Assembly (NCBI GenBank): GCA_010909165.1
Contig: MU008205.1
Span: 248,001-312,000, forward strand
From: Anthoceros angustus
Lineage: Eukaryota > Plantae > Anthocerotophyta
Reading direction: 5' to 3'
Length of the DNA stretch: 64,000 nucleotides
In this document: piece after piece, positions 22,795-34,347 of the stretch
Position numbering within the stretch: position 1 is the stretch's first letter
Layout of the letters: the number at the start of each line of letters is the position of its first letter
Program-made: the position numbers and the translations under genes
Notes under the pieces: generated by a model
Database searches by the model: none
What the model was told of the DNA's origin: nothing
What the model saw: only the letters and a program-made list of their open reading frames with translations

Positions 22795-24874
22795 CCCGAC
22801 ACGCACCAGCAGCTTCCAAGCAGCCGCAGCCGGTGAGCGAGGAATTGCAGCTGGCACAGTCCGGCAGCGCAATGCGGGGGACCCGGAATTGCAATGCGGA
22901 GCAGCAGCGGGGACAAGAAAATTTCCTGGAACAAGAAGCCGGATCGGCGAATGGCCAAGGGCGGGCAGCGGGGGGAGGAAGGCAGGAAGGCAGGAAGGCA
23001 GGAAGGCCGGAAGGCAAGACGGAGGAGAGGGAAGCAGGCGAGGGAGGGAGGGAGGAGAGGGCCGATGTCTTATGTCATACAAGCGGAACAGTACGTTAGG
23101 ATTGTCACGCCGAAGAGCCCAGAGGTGCGACAAGGTCACGCAAAGCGCATGGCCGTGGAGCGGGCGGGCCCTGCTGCTCTGCTCTGCTCTGCTCTGCTGC
23201 TGTCTTGGAAGCTCTGATGCCCAAGGGCGGGGCCTCGGCTGAGTGGCGCGCACGCAAGGCGTTCGGCACTGTCGGGGACGGAAGGGGACGCGACTGTTGT
23301 TGCACACAGATAGAGGGAGCCGAGGGAGTGGCAAGCCGAGCCGAGCCGAGCCGAGGCAGAGCCGGAGACGAACAAAGCGCACAAAGCGCACGCCGGGCCG
23401 GGACGGGGCTCGAAGGATGTGTGACGAGATGGGATTTTTGCTCTCGCTCCTGGCTAAGGTAGGTAGTGGTAAAGGTCGGTAGGTCGGTAGGTCGGTACAG
23501 TTATTATCTCCTCAAATTGTTGGCATATTCGGCCGAAATGCTTCCACCGCGTTGCCTCATGCGGTAATGCCTTTGCCGGATTCGAACCGCAGCCGCTTGG
23601 GTTGGAGGCCACGAACTTGAGCAACGTGTTACCTCGAGGCGTGAGAAGAACGGTGATGAGGGACATTTCCTTTGGCATTTTCTTGCGCACCACGGAACGT
23701 GCCCCACTACTGCATCGTTATTGGACGGGAGTATCCGGGCTGAGTCAGCTTGAACGTTTGAGCCTGGTTTCGCCGCTCGGTTTCGCCCAGGGTGCAATGA
23801 TGAGCGGCCACTCTGAAGTGGCAACAGCATACGACAATTACCCGGTATGTCATGCGTTGTTTTACTCACCATCGGCTGCAGGCGGTGGTCCATGCGGGTG
23901 AAACCTTTTCACCGCTGCGTCTTTACCATGGACGCGTACGCAAGTGCGGGGAGCCTGTTCAAGGAAGGCCAAGAGATTATTTGGTTTATATTCACGTGAT
24001 TTGTCAGCTGACATTAGTTGGTTGAAGGGCCTCTTCAACCGCCAAAGCAAACTGTCCTTTGGAACTACTGGTAAGCCATTTCGGGTGTTTTGGTGTTGTT
24101 GATTGATGGGTTTGCTATGTAAACCAAGTTTTCTGATTTTGTGATAAAAAATTGTAAGACGAGGAGAATTCCGGAGGGCATTGGATTGATTGTAAACCAG
24201 AAGAGGAAATGAAGTAAAATAATTTCATATGTGCACCGCTTCAAAGATTTCTAATGCTGCATGTGATTTCAAGCCTTTGGATTAGGGAGCCTAGCTCCAT
24301 CTTCTTCCCATAAGTTTGTTATGGGCTGCTCTTAGATAGGCCGTTTCTACCCTTTTGAATCTGAGTTATCTCGCCCCTAATGCATGAGAAAACTTTTCTG
24401 TTAAATTCTGTGGACTAAATTGAAATGGACAAGCGAAAATAGGTATAAATGTCCTCAAGTCTAAATTGCTCTTTCTATGAAGGAAAGAAGAAAAAAGATC
24501 TACAACATATAATAAGTTGGAGAGATTCTTAATTAGCTTAAAGGAGACCCATTTACTTTCTTTCTTTCTGCAAGAATTTTGAGGGACATATTTTGATATA
24601 AAATTTCTTTTGAAAGGAAATGGAGGTGTACGATCATAAGACTCCCTCTCTTTTGAGAACCCCAGTTACAAGTCTAGATTATTAAGAAAACTTTGAGATA
24701 CAAAACAAGATCACTTTGTGGACAAAACAAATTCATTTGAGTGAGTGTTATATGGTTCTTTATCACATTGATCACAATAGCATTTCTGGATAGAATTTTA
24801 ATTTCTAGGATGAAATAATCCTGGGTATTTTATTCTCCTTGTACTAACTGCGCTTCCTTTGAGGTATATCAGAC

Positions 24875-25964
24875 ATGAAGATCAAGGTTAATCCACCACC
24901 CCCACCTAAATGTGCAACAAAGTCATGTCAGACAGATTATAGGGAAAATGACACCCAGACAAATATATACTTGGGTCACGAACCTCTAGCTGATCCAGAA
25001 TTTTTAAGAGCTCAACTTTGGCCTCCAAAGCAAGATGGTATGCAATATTTCACAATGCAATATTTCACAATGCGATATTTCAGTACATCAAGATGTGCTG
25101 AGTTCCTGATTTTGCCCGTTTGTTAATGTAGAGGAGGAGGTATTTCTAACTGTGGAGGAACTGGAAGCTGAGCAGAGAGTTCGAGATTATGACGCGTTTT
25201 GTAGATCCTTTATGTTTCGTGATCGAGCAAATGAGCATGTAGCTCGAAGAGAGCTCATCTATCCTCATCGCAATCAAATTGCTCCTTACAAACAACCTGT
25301 GAAACACAGAACGGTATGGATGCAGCAGCTGGGAAGTGAAAGATGTTAGCTTCTCTTGAATAGTGTGCTACAATTGTCGGAAGGAATAACGAGGGAGATG
25401 TTGGCGTGGTTTTCATGCAGGTGGACGATTGCCATGTGTTTGAGCCTCTCAACAGCATGACTTACCAGCGTGAGTGCTTCTCTGACATTCCGCCCTGCGC
25501 AGGGTGGAGAAGGAAGTGCTGTTTACTAATTGTTGCGGCTTGTAACCAATTTGCAGAGGTGCAAGAGCTGGAGCCGATGCTGACATTCGAGGACATCCTC
25601 GGCAAGGTAGGGAAAATCGAGTCTTCCGGTGCCAGGTCCAGGGCGTTGCGGTTGCTGCTAGGCCTGCCGAAGCCGCCGCGAAGCAGATCCTCGCAGGACA
25701 GAACACGGCCGACATCCACCTCATCCAGCGGCAGGGCTCATCATGCGATGCTGGTGAAGGTGATCCATCTTTACAATTCACTCCTCTTCTTCATCCGATC
25801 TTGGAGTAGGCCATCTAGAATTGCAGCTGCTTCATCATGCCTTGGAGTAGGCCATCTAGAAGCGCCGCTGGTGTAGCCAGAAGTCCTTTTGCTTCAGCCA
25901 CAGTTCTTTCACAGAGAGCCAAAAATGCTTCGAAATCCAGCACCAGCTTTTTTTTCCCCTTCCA

Positions 25965-26014
<50 letters not shown>

Positions 26015-26531
26015 GGGACTAGCGCTTCCTTTTCCTCTTTCCCGGCTTGACGACCCCTGGCTCACGCCTCCTTCCAGTCTGCTTCAGACACTTCTTTGCA
26101 TTCGGGATCCTCGTCAGGGCTCCCGTCCTCCGACTCGCTTGACATGATGACCTAGTTACTGCTGTGTTGTGTTGTGTGTGTGTGTGTGTGTTCAGGGCCG
26201 GCGGCGAGTGCACACTCCCCGATGCGATTCTTCCTTCCTGCCGAAAATGGACCGCACCAACGCCGTGGTGCTACTCCAGCGCCTTCTGCGGGGACGAGCC
26301 GCGGAGGTTTCCATGTTGGCCACTATGGAGAAGTGCAGCGGCTTCTTCGAGGAGCTCAACCGGCTCCCGGCGCCGGAGAAGATGTACCGGGCGCGGGAAC
26401 TGAGCACCATCGTTGAAGCGCCGGAGACAGAGGGAGAGATTCCGCCGAGCCTCAAGGAGGTGGTCGGAGGCGAGCTTTCCGATCTCTTTGTGGAGTATAA
26501 GGATGTGAGTTACCAACGGACGGCGACCTGA
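24875..26531 (+). CDS. CFAP91: CFAP91/MAATS1-like cilia- and flagella-associated protein (divergent, multi-exon, ends uncertain)
   Basis: KSCQTDYRENDTQT (cf. QTDYRESETQTDP) near 24920 and AVVLLQRLLRGRAA...MEK...FEEL (cf. AVIxLQrLLRGRAvQ..M.EGKEKR.ELI.EL) near 26260. Confidence 0.6.
25965..26012 (+). repeat. (GCTCTG)8 microsatellite
   Basis: Direct hexamer repeats. Confidence 0.95.
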
Positions 26532-29139
26532 GGCAACGCCTGGTCGTTCTGAGTTCGCAACGGCCATGGCCCATGGCAATGGCATCTTCCTGGATACATA
26601 TCTATGTGGATAGGTCAAGCTCCTGCAAATACACCTTCAGGGACACCATCACCGGCCATGGATCCGCCACGCCACCTGGGTCCTGGATATGCACAGACAT
26701 AAATCTCTGCAACGGTGCAATATAGCCGGTTCCACGTGATTCATCACCAATGTCAGAAGTAAGCTTGAAGGGGCCCGCATGCGCATCCAGGAATGGTCAC
26801 CTGCATGCAGAACCTATCTACAGCAACATTATTGTTTTTGGTTGTTTGTTGTTGTTGCTCGTCTTGAACGTTGTTGACGAGAGTGGACTCTCCACTGGAG
26901 TACTGTCGTGGCCTGCACAGATCCAGTACCACGCGTTCGTCCAAGTTGCAGCAGGATTGGGAAGCAGATATAAAGGGAAAGTATGCGCACGCTACTACCG
27001 CATATACCTGGCCCAGGACTCCAACTCCTGTCCCAGCACAAGTCAACATAACCTTTGAGAAAGGAAGGGCATAATGGATGCACCTGCAGATATGAGCCTT
27101 GAGGAAAAGAGAAATCTGCGGGTGCCACTGCCAGGCTACAGTATGGTGTGGAAGGAATATTATGTAGGTGCAGTCTGTGGGTACCAGGCTGAGGGAGGCA
27201 CCACACAAACATGACTGGCCCACAGCGCCACAGGTTCTGCAGTCTGCACACGTATGCAACAAGACCTGCTGCAACCCATTGCTTTCGCGGCCACAAGACA
27301 CATGGCGCTCACTTACGGAGTGCACACATTCTGCGTGCTTGTGCCCAAAAGATCTGCCTGCTCCTGCTCAGACTCTCGTAGCTATCCGGTTTTGGGTAGG
27401 GAGTGGTCCCGAGCCGCGCACTTGCTGCACATCCGGAGTAGGACCAGGGCACATCTTGCTCCCGTTGTCTCGAAAGCACCACAGAGGGAACAGCTGGCTT
27501 CTGTCCAAAGATGCCATGGCCCCCACCATGGATCGTATCAATAATCGAGTTGCATACAGTACAGCATACATCCGTCACCCAACCATCTACCTGCTTCCAT
27601 TACCAGTAGAAATCCTACTCATCGGTTACCACCGACTAAGATACAGGCTATATATTTTGGGAAGAGGATTGGTGGGCGCAAGGTCTTATCTGACATTGAT
27701 CTGTGGAAAGTGATGGAAGTTTCGAAGACGACGTGGAAGACGTGATGCTAGCTAGGACTTGCCCGCACCTGTGGAAGGCACAGGGGGAGCATTAGTGGTC
27801 TATTATTGTTTGTTCTGTTCTTTTGCTGGGCAACTTCCACATCTCGTCCGCAGTGACATCGAATCGCATCAGTCAGAGCTCTTAGAACAGACACGGCCCA
27901 CGCATGCAGCAAGGGGTTCCCCCTTCCTCCTATGCAGCCTTGGGTTCCCCATATTCCCTCACCACGAGAACAACTCAACTGGAGCTCCAGGTTTCCAATT
28001 TCGGACCGGTCCTCAGCAGTGTTCCCGAGGGGCTTTCATCATGAAAAGTTGAGATCTTTCGATCCAAGACCTTCCCGGTCACAACGTTTTTGGGAAAGTC
28101 TAAATCCAGGTTCGAATAGGAGACTCAGGGCCTTCCTTGTTTCAGCATTTTTGGAAATGTCGAATCCCAGGAGAACTCGAGTCTGTGAGACGAGCGTGAT
28201 AACCAACTACACCATCCAGACAATACCGAAGGTGAAAGAGCTCCCGTTTGAAAAGGTAAACAAAAACTACCAGAGAAAGGAGAGGAGAATTACCAATAAG
28301 CTAATTGAGCACAAGCTGAGGCCTCGAGCTCTGTGATTAAACCAGCTGAGCATGTTCTCGAAGCTTGAGACCACGGATTCCCAGGCCAGCCAACAGCTTA
28401 AGAAAGCCGTTATCAGGATTGGGAGCGCGGCCTAGAGGGGCAAGTTCCTTTTCACCAAGTTCACTTTCCTTCGTCTGACTGGGTAGCCACATATGTCTCA
28501 GCATCCTTACACAACGGGATCCCAGGAACACCCTAAGGACGAGCCTGCTCCAAAGTTTCCAAAGCCCGACGGGTGAACCCCTGGAGTAGAAAGGCTCAAA
28601 GCTACGAAATTCAAACGGCCAGTGGGGACCAAGTCCTGTGACGGACAAGTCCCAGAACCAAGCCTGCCTGACCCAGTCCGGGTGTCTAGCGTGCAGGATC
28701 GATGCTTGTAGACTGCACCAAGCAATGCTGCGCTTTCTGTTGTGACGGCGTTGAGGTCTCGCGGCATACAATACGCGCATTCTTGATCACAAACCCTAGA
28801 TATACCCGACCGCTCCATCTCGCTTCCGGTAGCTGCACCGAGCAATGCTGCCCCTCTCCTGTCACAGTGTTGGTGTCCCGAAGGTTTAGGGTGACGCTGA
28901 ATGCATTCCACATGCTCCCGCAAATGACCGCGCCCAATAGAAAACCCTAGCCGGCCATGCCCCATCGCACCGACAATACCCTCGTCTCCATCGCGCTCCT
29001 CCACATCCGCCAAGACTCCCCCGCCAGCAGGCTCACCGACTGGCAGCCAAGCCATCCTGAACAGACGCGACCTTCCACCGGCCGCGGCGGCAGCAGCAAC
29101 GACACACCACAGGCTCCCGCAAACCCTAACCCCGACGCC

Positions 29140-29756
29140 ATGCCCTGCCCAGACCCGGACCCGGACCCGGCGAGCTCCGACGCGGTCGACTCCGCGCTGC
29201 TCTTCTTCAAGCTGTACCTGCTGCTGTCCCGGCTGTGAGGATGCCGAAGCAGCTGCCGCAGGATGGCTTCATCTACAGCCTGCGCCCGGACGACGACAGC
29301 GTCAAGCGCTGGTCCTTCACCATGGGCGGGGTGCGCTACTACGGGGAGGGCAACAACGTGGTGCCGCCCGCGGGCGCGCACGGCTCCCGGTGGAGCCGGC
29401 AGGAGAGCGGCTTCCTCCCGCCCGAGGCCAAGCCCGACAAGCGCAAGCTGCATGAGATCCTGGCGGAGCTGCGCGAGTTCGGGGACATCAAGGGAGTGCG
29501 CTTTCCGCTGCGCAAGAAGCCGCCTCCCAAGGCCAGCGTGCAGTACGTGAGCGGACTGGTGGAAGCGGCCAAGGCGCGCCTGGTCCGCCGCAACCTCCTG
29601 GAAGGTATCTGCAAGCACGGCGCCCTGTTCCCGTTCCGCAGCCGTCCTCCGCCCGCGCTCCCGCTCCCGCTCCCGCTCTGTTTCATCGAAGACGAGCCCA
29701 CCATTCGCGCGCTCAACTTCGACTATCAGGTCGTCGGACCCGACGGAGAGTGGTAA
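29140..29756 (+). CDS. Orphan GC-rich intronless protein (about 200 aa if one frameshift near 29232 is corrected)
   Basis: Strong G/C third-position bias in two abutting ORFs (…LLFFKLYLLLSR / VRMPKQLPQDGFIYSL…GPDGEW*); telo-boxes AAACCCTA at 28791, 28942 and 29121. Confidence 0.5.
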
Positions 29757-30092
29757 CGCGCTATATAGCATAACCTCTCTCGTCACCGCGCGCCCACCAG
29801 GTACGCGAACTCGCTTTCAAATTTCAAATCCCCGATCTCCTCCACCCTGTTTAGGGCTTGCATGCTATCATCTTCCATTTTGCTTTTATCTACCTGCCTA
29901 TGCTTCTCTCATAGATTACATACATTTACACCTGCAGGAGTGGAAGGTAAATATGAGGCGGAAGTACATACCTAGTGATCCTTTAAGTATTATTATTAGT
30001 ATTTATTCTATTATATTAAGATAATTATATTATATATATATTTATTTAAAGTAGAGTAATTATGATGCAAATGTAACTAATGAATTTGTCTT

Positions 30093-30177
30093 GTCCCAAT
30101 TGCCAAGTGGGGTAAAAGGCACCAGACTTAAGTTCTAGTCTTTGAAAGGGGGTATGGGTTCAAATCCCACATCAAAA
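30093..30177 (+). pseudogene. tRNA-Leu-derived pseudogene or SINE head
   Basis: GGCACCAGACTTAAGTTCTAGTCTTTGAAAGGGGGTATGGGTTCAAATCCCAC resembles plant tRNA-Leu(CAA) with C>T/G>A changes; acceptor stem broken. Confidence 0.7.
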
Positions 30178-31206
30178 AGGGGGTTGAAAGGCTACAGTCT
30201 GGCTACATTTGCTTCTTAAGAGCAGCTACAGTCTGTCATACCTTTGGGCTACATTTGCTTCTTAAGAGCAGCTACAGTGCTCATAGCTCTAGACGTAACA
30301 TAGCTTCGGGCTATATTTGCTTCTTAAAGGCAGCAATAGTGCTTATGTCAGATGATTTAGTGCATTGGGTGTGCCTCTGACCTCATCTATCTAATCCTTA
30401 AAACATTTGGTTGATGCTAAATATTGTGTAAGTGGTTTGTCACTTGATTTAGTGGGTCATGCATTTCGAAGATTCTGACTTCTTCTACTTCTTCATTTTT
30501 CTTCTTCTAGAAAAATGCGCCCCGAAACAAGGGTGATAGAAGTGCAACAAAATGCACGGGACTACTTCTATGGCTTGCCCACGAGACCGTCCAGTCACTA
30601 AGGCCAACTTTCGTCCCTACTCAACAGGTAGGTCTCGCAGTCAAGCTCGCTTCTACCTTTGCACTCCAAGGCTAATTTCCGTCCGCTCGAGGAAACCTTT
30701 GCATGCTTCTATTGCCTTTTCGCAACATGTCCCGGACAGGTTATGTCATGTAATGAACACAACCCTTGTTTTGTGTTGCTAAGGTAGACAAGGGGTCTTT
30801 TCTCAAGAATGACGAAGACTATGCATTGAGAAGAACAGATACTCACGAGCGAAGTTGTGGCACATATGTCACATGGTCTCTTTCAAATTCCGAAGAAGGC
30901 TTTTTATTTTTTCTGAAAAAATATGGATACATATTTCTTCTTGCATGGATAGCCTTTTCCATTCATATGAGATTCATCCAATTTTTTATAAGATGACCCT
31001 ATTTTAGAGTGAGAAACATTCCCACTAAACTGATTACAAGAAAACCTGCAGTAGACCGGGTATTGACCATAATTTGCAAAGAACATCTTGTAGTTCTAGT
31101 AAGAGAGGGAAGAGTGAAGGGCCCCGGGTCCTGGCCACCTTAGATACTGCAGGAGTGAAAGACAATAGGTAAACAAGGGCGTTCCACTGCGTCTTTTATT
31201 ATTACC

Positions 31207-31394
31207 TATATTTCAACTTTGAGCTCCCTGATATATTTCAACTTTGAGCTCCCTGATATATTTCAACTTTGAGCTCCCTGATATATTTCAACTTTGAGCT
31301 CCCTGATATATTTCAACTTTGAGCTCCCTGATACATTTTAACTTTGAGCTCCCTGATACATTTTCAACTTCGAGCCCCCCTGATATATTTCAAC
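31207..31394 (+). repeat. 25-bp minisatellite, about 7.5 copies
   Basis: Unit TATATTTCAACTTTGAGCTCCCTGA. Confidence 0.95.
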
Positions 31395-32235
31395 TAGGTC
31401 ACGGCCATGAATGCGAATGAACTCTGCCGTGAAAAGAAGCGCAACTTACATAGTTGACAACCGTTCTAACTCAACTCAGTGCCAGTCCCTGTTATGTATG
31501 CACCGAGCGTTGTGAAATGCGAGAGAGAACTCTGGAAGCTTTAGTGAGCTCAAGATCACGATCAACACTAGATAGAGCTTGCGCATGGGAGAGCGTCCGC
31601 CCTCGCTCCCGTTTGAAAAACGCTGAAACAATAAGATAGATCAAGCATTGGAGCTGCTTTGGTCGTGAGGATTTCCAAATCTCACCTGTCAGGGGTTTCA
31701 CACTGTTTGCTTGTTGCCGGACCCTTAAGAGTTCCAGGCTTGCATTCCATAAACTTCAAACCAAATTGGTTGCAGGCAATGGTTGAGAGTAGTGAGTCGA
31801 AGGAGAGGATGCAAAAGGAGCAACGTAGGCTGGAGACCAAGCTGCGGCAACAAAAGAGGGTCAACAGGACACAGCAGCAGACAAATAGGTCTAGAATGTC
31901 ACATTTGACGTTCTACCATCATCCTCCGCTCATCCAATTCATGTCATGTGCGTTCTGCTCTGATCCAATTCATATCAAGTCCGCTCTGGCTTTCTCTGAA
32001 ACCATGGTCCTCCATACAGAATAGGTCAACATTGGATAGCAAACATACTCTGGAGGTTCCCCGACTTGGGCATCTCCATTCCCCCGCCCCCTGCTCCAGG
32101 CTCCCTCAACACCTGCCGCCTGCTCCTTCTCGCTCAGAATCCATGGAGTCCAATCTCCCGCTCGAGGCTAGCTTGGTGGCGAAGCCCTAATTCTGGCAAC
32201 AAGGAGGATGTAGGGCAGTGCAGACTGGCCGCAGT

Positions 32236-34347
32236 ATGTTCGGAGTACTGCATCCGGCTGGCTATGGCAGCACCTGGCGCGGAGTGGCAGGGGTCGGGGT
32301 GAGAAGTTGGAGCTCGGGCAGCAGCGCCTTGCCCATGCTCCATGTCAGACGCCTGGCGGGTCTAGCCGTCGCAGCAATCGGCAGAGGGAGCTGTGGGGAG
32401 GTCCGTCGCCTCAGGGGGAGGCCGCTGAGCCATGGTGTGGGCTTTGGCAAACGGAGGCTAACAGCTGTGAGTGCTTTGGAGCGAGAACCCAGCAACACCA
32501 TCGTCCAGGAGAGACTGGAGCAGCATGGCATCGTTCTGGAGTCTTACGAAGCAGGACAGAAGCGTGTCATCTGCCCCAAGTGCGATGGTGGCAGCAGCAG
32601 GGAGGTTAGCTTGGCCATCTTGGTGGACCAGGATAGGCAGAATGCGACATGGCTTTGCCACCGGGGAACATGTGGCTTCACAGGAGGTACTAGGGGTCCT
32701 GGAGCCAAGAGGCAGAACAACTCCAATGGAGCTGCTGCAGCTGCTGCTGCTGCTGCAGCAGCAGCTGCTGCTGCTGCTCCAGCTACTGCTGCTGCTCCTG
32801 CAGCAGCACCTGTGAAGAGGGAGATATCCTTGGATAATCTCAATCTGAAACCGGTGACTGCTCCGATTCTGTTGAACTTCTTTAGCAAGAGGAAAATCTC
32901 CAAGGCTACCGTGGACAGGAATGGCGTGATGCAGCAGGGGTCAGGGGAGTTCGTAGCTGCCGCCTTCGTGTACAGGAGGAACAAGCAGATTGTAGCTTGC
33001 AAGTTCCGGAGAGCTCAGAAGAGGTTCACGCAAGTTCCAGGATGTGAGAGAATCCTATACGGCTTGGATGACATCAAGGGGCAGTCGGAGATTGTGATAG
33101 TGGAGGGCGAGATGGACAAGTTGGCCATGGATGAAGCTGGCATCCGCCACTGCGTGAGCGTACCTGATGGAGCTCCCCCCAAGGTGTCCGAACAAGAAGT
33201 CCCTCCACCCATGGAGGACAGGAAGTACCAGTATCTGTGGAACTGCAAGGATTACTTTGCCAAGGCAACCAAGATCGTGCTGGCTACCGACAACGATGTG
33301 CCTGGACAGGCGCTGGCGGAGGAGCTTGCAAGGCGGCTGGGCAGGGAACGGTGCTGGAGGGTCAGATGGCCGGAGTTTGAGGGAAAGGCTTGCAAGGATG
33401 CCAATGAGGTGTTGGCCAACCTTGGCAAGGAGGATCTCGTGCGCATGGTGGCGGAGGCGGAGGTATATCCTATCCGGGGACTGCTGCAGTTCTCGCAATT
33501 TTTCAAGGAGATCGAGGACTACTATTACCTGCGACTTGGGGATGAGAGGGGGATCTCGACTGGTTGGACTTGTCTGGACGAGGTGTACCGGGTCGTTCCT
33601 GGGGAGCTGACGGTGGTGACAGGAGTCCCTAATTCTGGCAAGAGTGAGTGGATCGATGCTCTTCTGTGCAACCTGAACCACCAGCGGCAATGGTCTTTTG
33701 CCCTGTGCTCCATGGAGAACAAGGTGAGAGAGCATGCCAGGAAGCTTCTGGAGAAGCACATGCAGAAGCCCTTCTTCGATGCTCCCTATGCCAACTCCAT
33801 GCCCAGGATGACCCCAGAGGATTTGGCTGTGGGCAAGCAGTGGCTGAACGAGAACTTCTACCTCATCAGACACGAGGACGACCAGCTTCCGTCCATCAGC
33901 TGGGTGCTGGACCTGGCCAGGGCAGCTGTGATGAGATATGGCATCAGGGGGCTGGTGATAGACCCATACAACGAGCTGGACCACCAGCGGCCCAGCAGCC
34001 AGACTGAGACGGAGTATGTGAGCCAGATGTTGACCAAGGTGAAACGTTTTGCCCAGCACCACGATTGCCACGTGTGGTTTGTGGCCCACCCCAAGCAGCT
34101 GCAGGTATGGCGAGGCGAAGCCCCTGGGCTGTATGATATCAGCGGCAGTGCACATTTTGTGAACAAGTGCGACAATGGGATTGTGATACATCGAAACCGG
34201 GACCCTGAGGCTGGGCCTCTGGACCGAGTGCAGGTGCTGGTCAGGAAGGTACGCAACAAGGCTGCTGGAACCATCGGTGATGCTTATCTGCAATACAACA
34301 AGGTCACTGGAGAGTACACAGATACACAGGGTGACTTCACATCTTGA
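32236..34347 (+). CDS. Twinkle-like organellar DNA primase-helicase (T7 gp4-type), single exon
   Basis: Zn finger CPKCDGG...CHRGTCG, TOPRIM (IVEGEMDKL, LATDNDVPG, KDANEVL), SF4 helicase Walker A GVPNSGKS and LVIDPYNEL, FVAHP, DISGSAHF. N-terminus resembles a transit peptide; start codon uncertain (32236 or 32335). Confidence 0.95.
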   Translation: MFGVLHPAGYGSTWRGVAGVGVRSWSSGSSALPMLHVRRLAGLAVAAIGRGSCGEVRRLRGRPLSHGVGFGKRRLTAVSALEREPSNTIVQERLEQHGIVLESYEAGQKRVICPKCDGGSSREVSLAILVDQDRQNATWLCHRGTCGFTGGTRGPGAKRQNNSNGAAAAAAAAAAAAAAAAPATAAAPAAAPVKREISLDNLNLKPVTAPILLNFFSKRKISKATVDRNGVMQQGSGEFVAAAFVYRRNKQIVACKFRRAQKRFTQVPGCERILYGLDDIKGQSEIVIVEGEMDKLAMDEAGIRHCVSVPDGAPPKVSEQEVPPPMEDRKYQYLWNCKDYFAKATKIVLATDNDVPGQALAEELARRLGRERCWRVRWPEFEGKACKDANEVLANLGKEDLVRMVAEAEVYPIRGLLQFSQFFKEIEDYYYLRLGDERGISTGWTCLDEVYRVVPGELTVVTGVPNSGKSEWIDALLCNLNHQRQWSFALCSMENKVREHARKLLEKHMQKPFFDAPYANSMPRMTPEDLAVGKQWLNENFYLIRHEDDQLPSISWVLDLARAAVMRYGIRGLVIDPYNELDHQRPSSQTETEYVSQMLTKVKRFAQHHDCHVWFVAHPKQLQVWRGEAPGLYDISGSAHFVNKCDNGIVIHRNRDPEAGPLDRVQVLVRKVRNKAAGTIGDAYLQYNKVTGEYTDTQGDFTS

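Noticed and set aside
26600-28800. Scattered ORFs possibly from a degraded retroelement
   Set aside because: No diagnostic RT, endonuclease or gag motif could be read.
31207-31394. Regular short repeats (also 8776-9290, 12561-12734, 36835-37148) as CRISPR arrays
   Set aside because: Units are contiguous with no unique spacers, no cas genes, and the context is eukaryotic; these are minisatellites.
33055-34293. 412-aa antisense ORF (likewise 46770-47939 and 28947-29786)
   Set aside because: Shadow ORFs opposite GC3-rich coding sequence; no recognisable domains.
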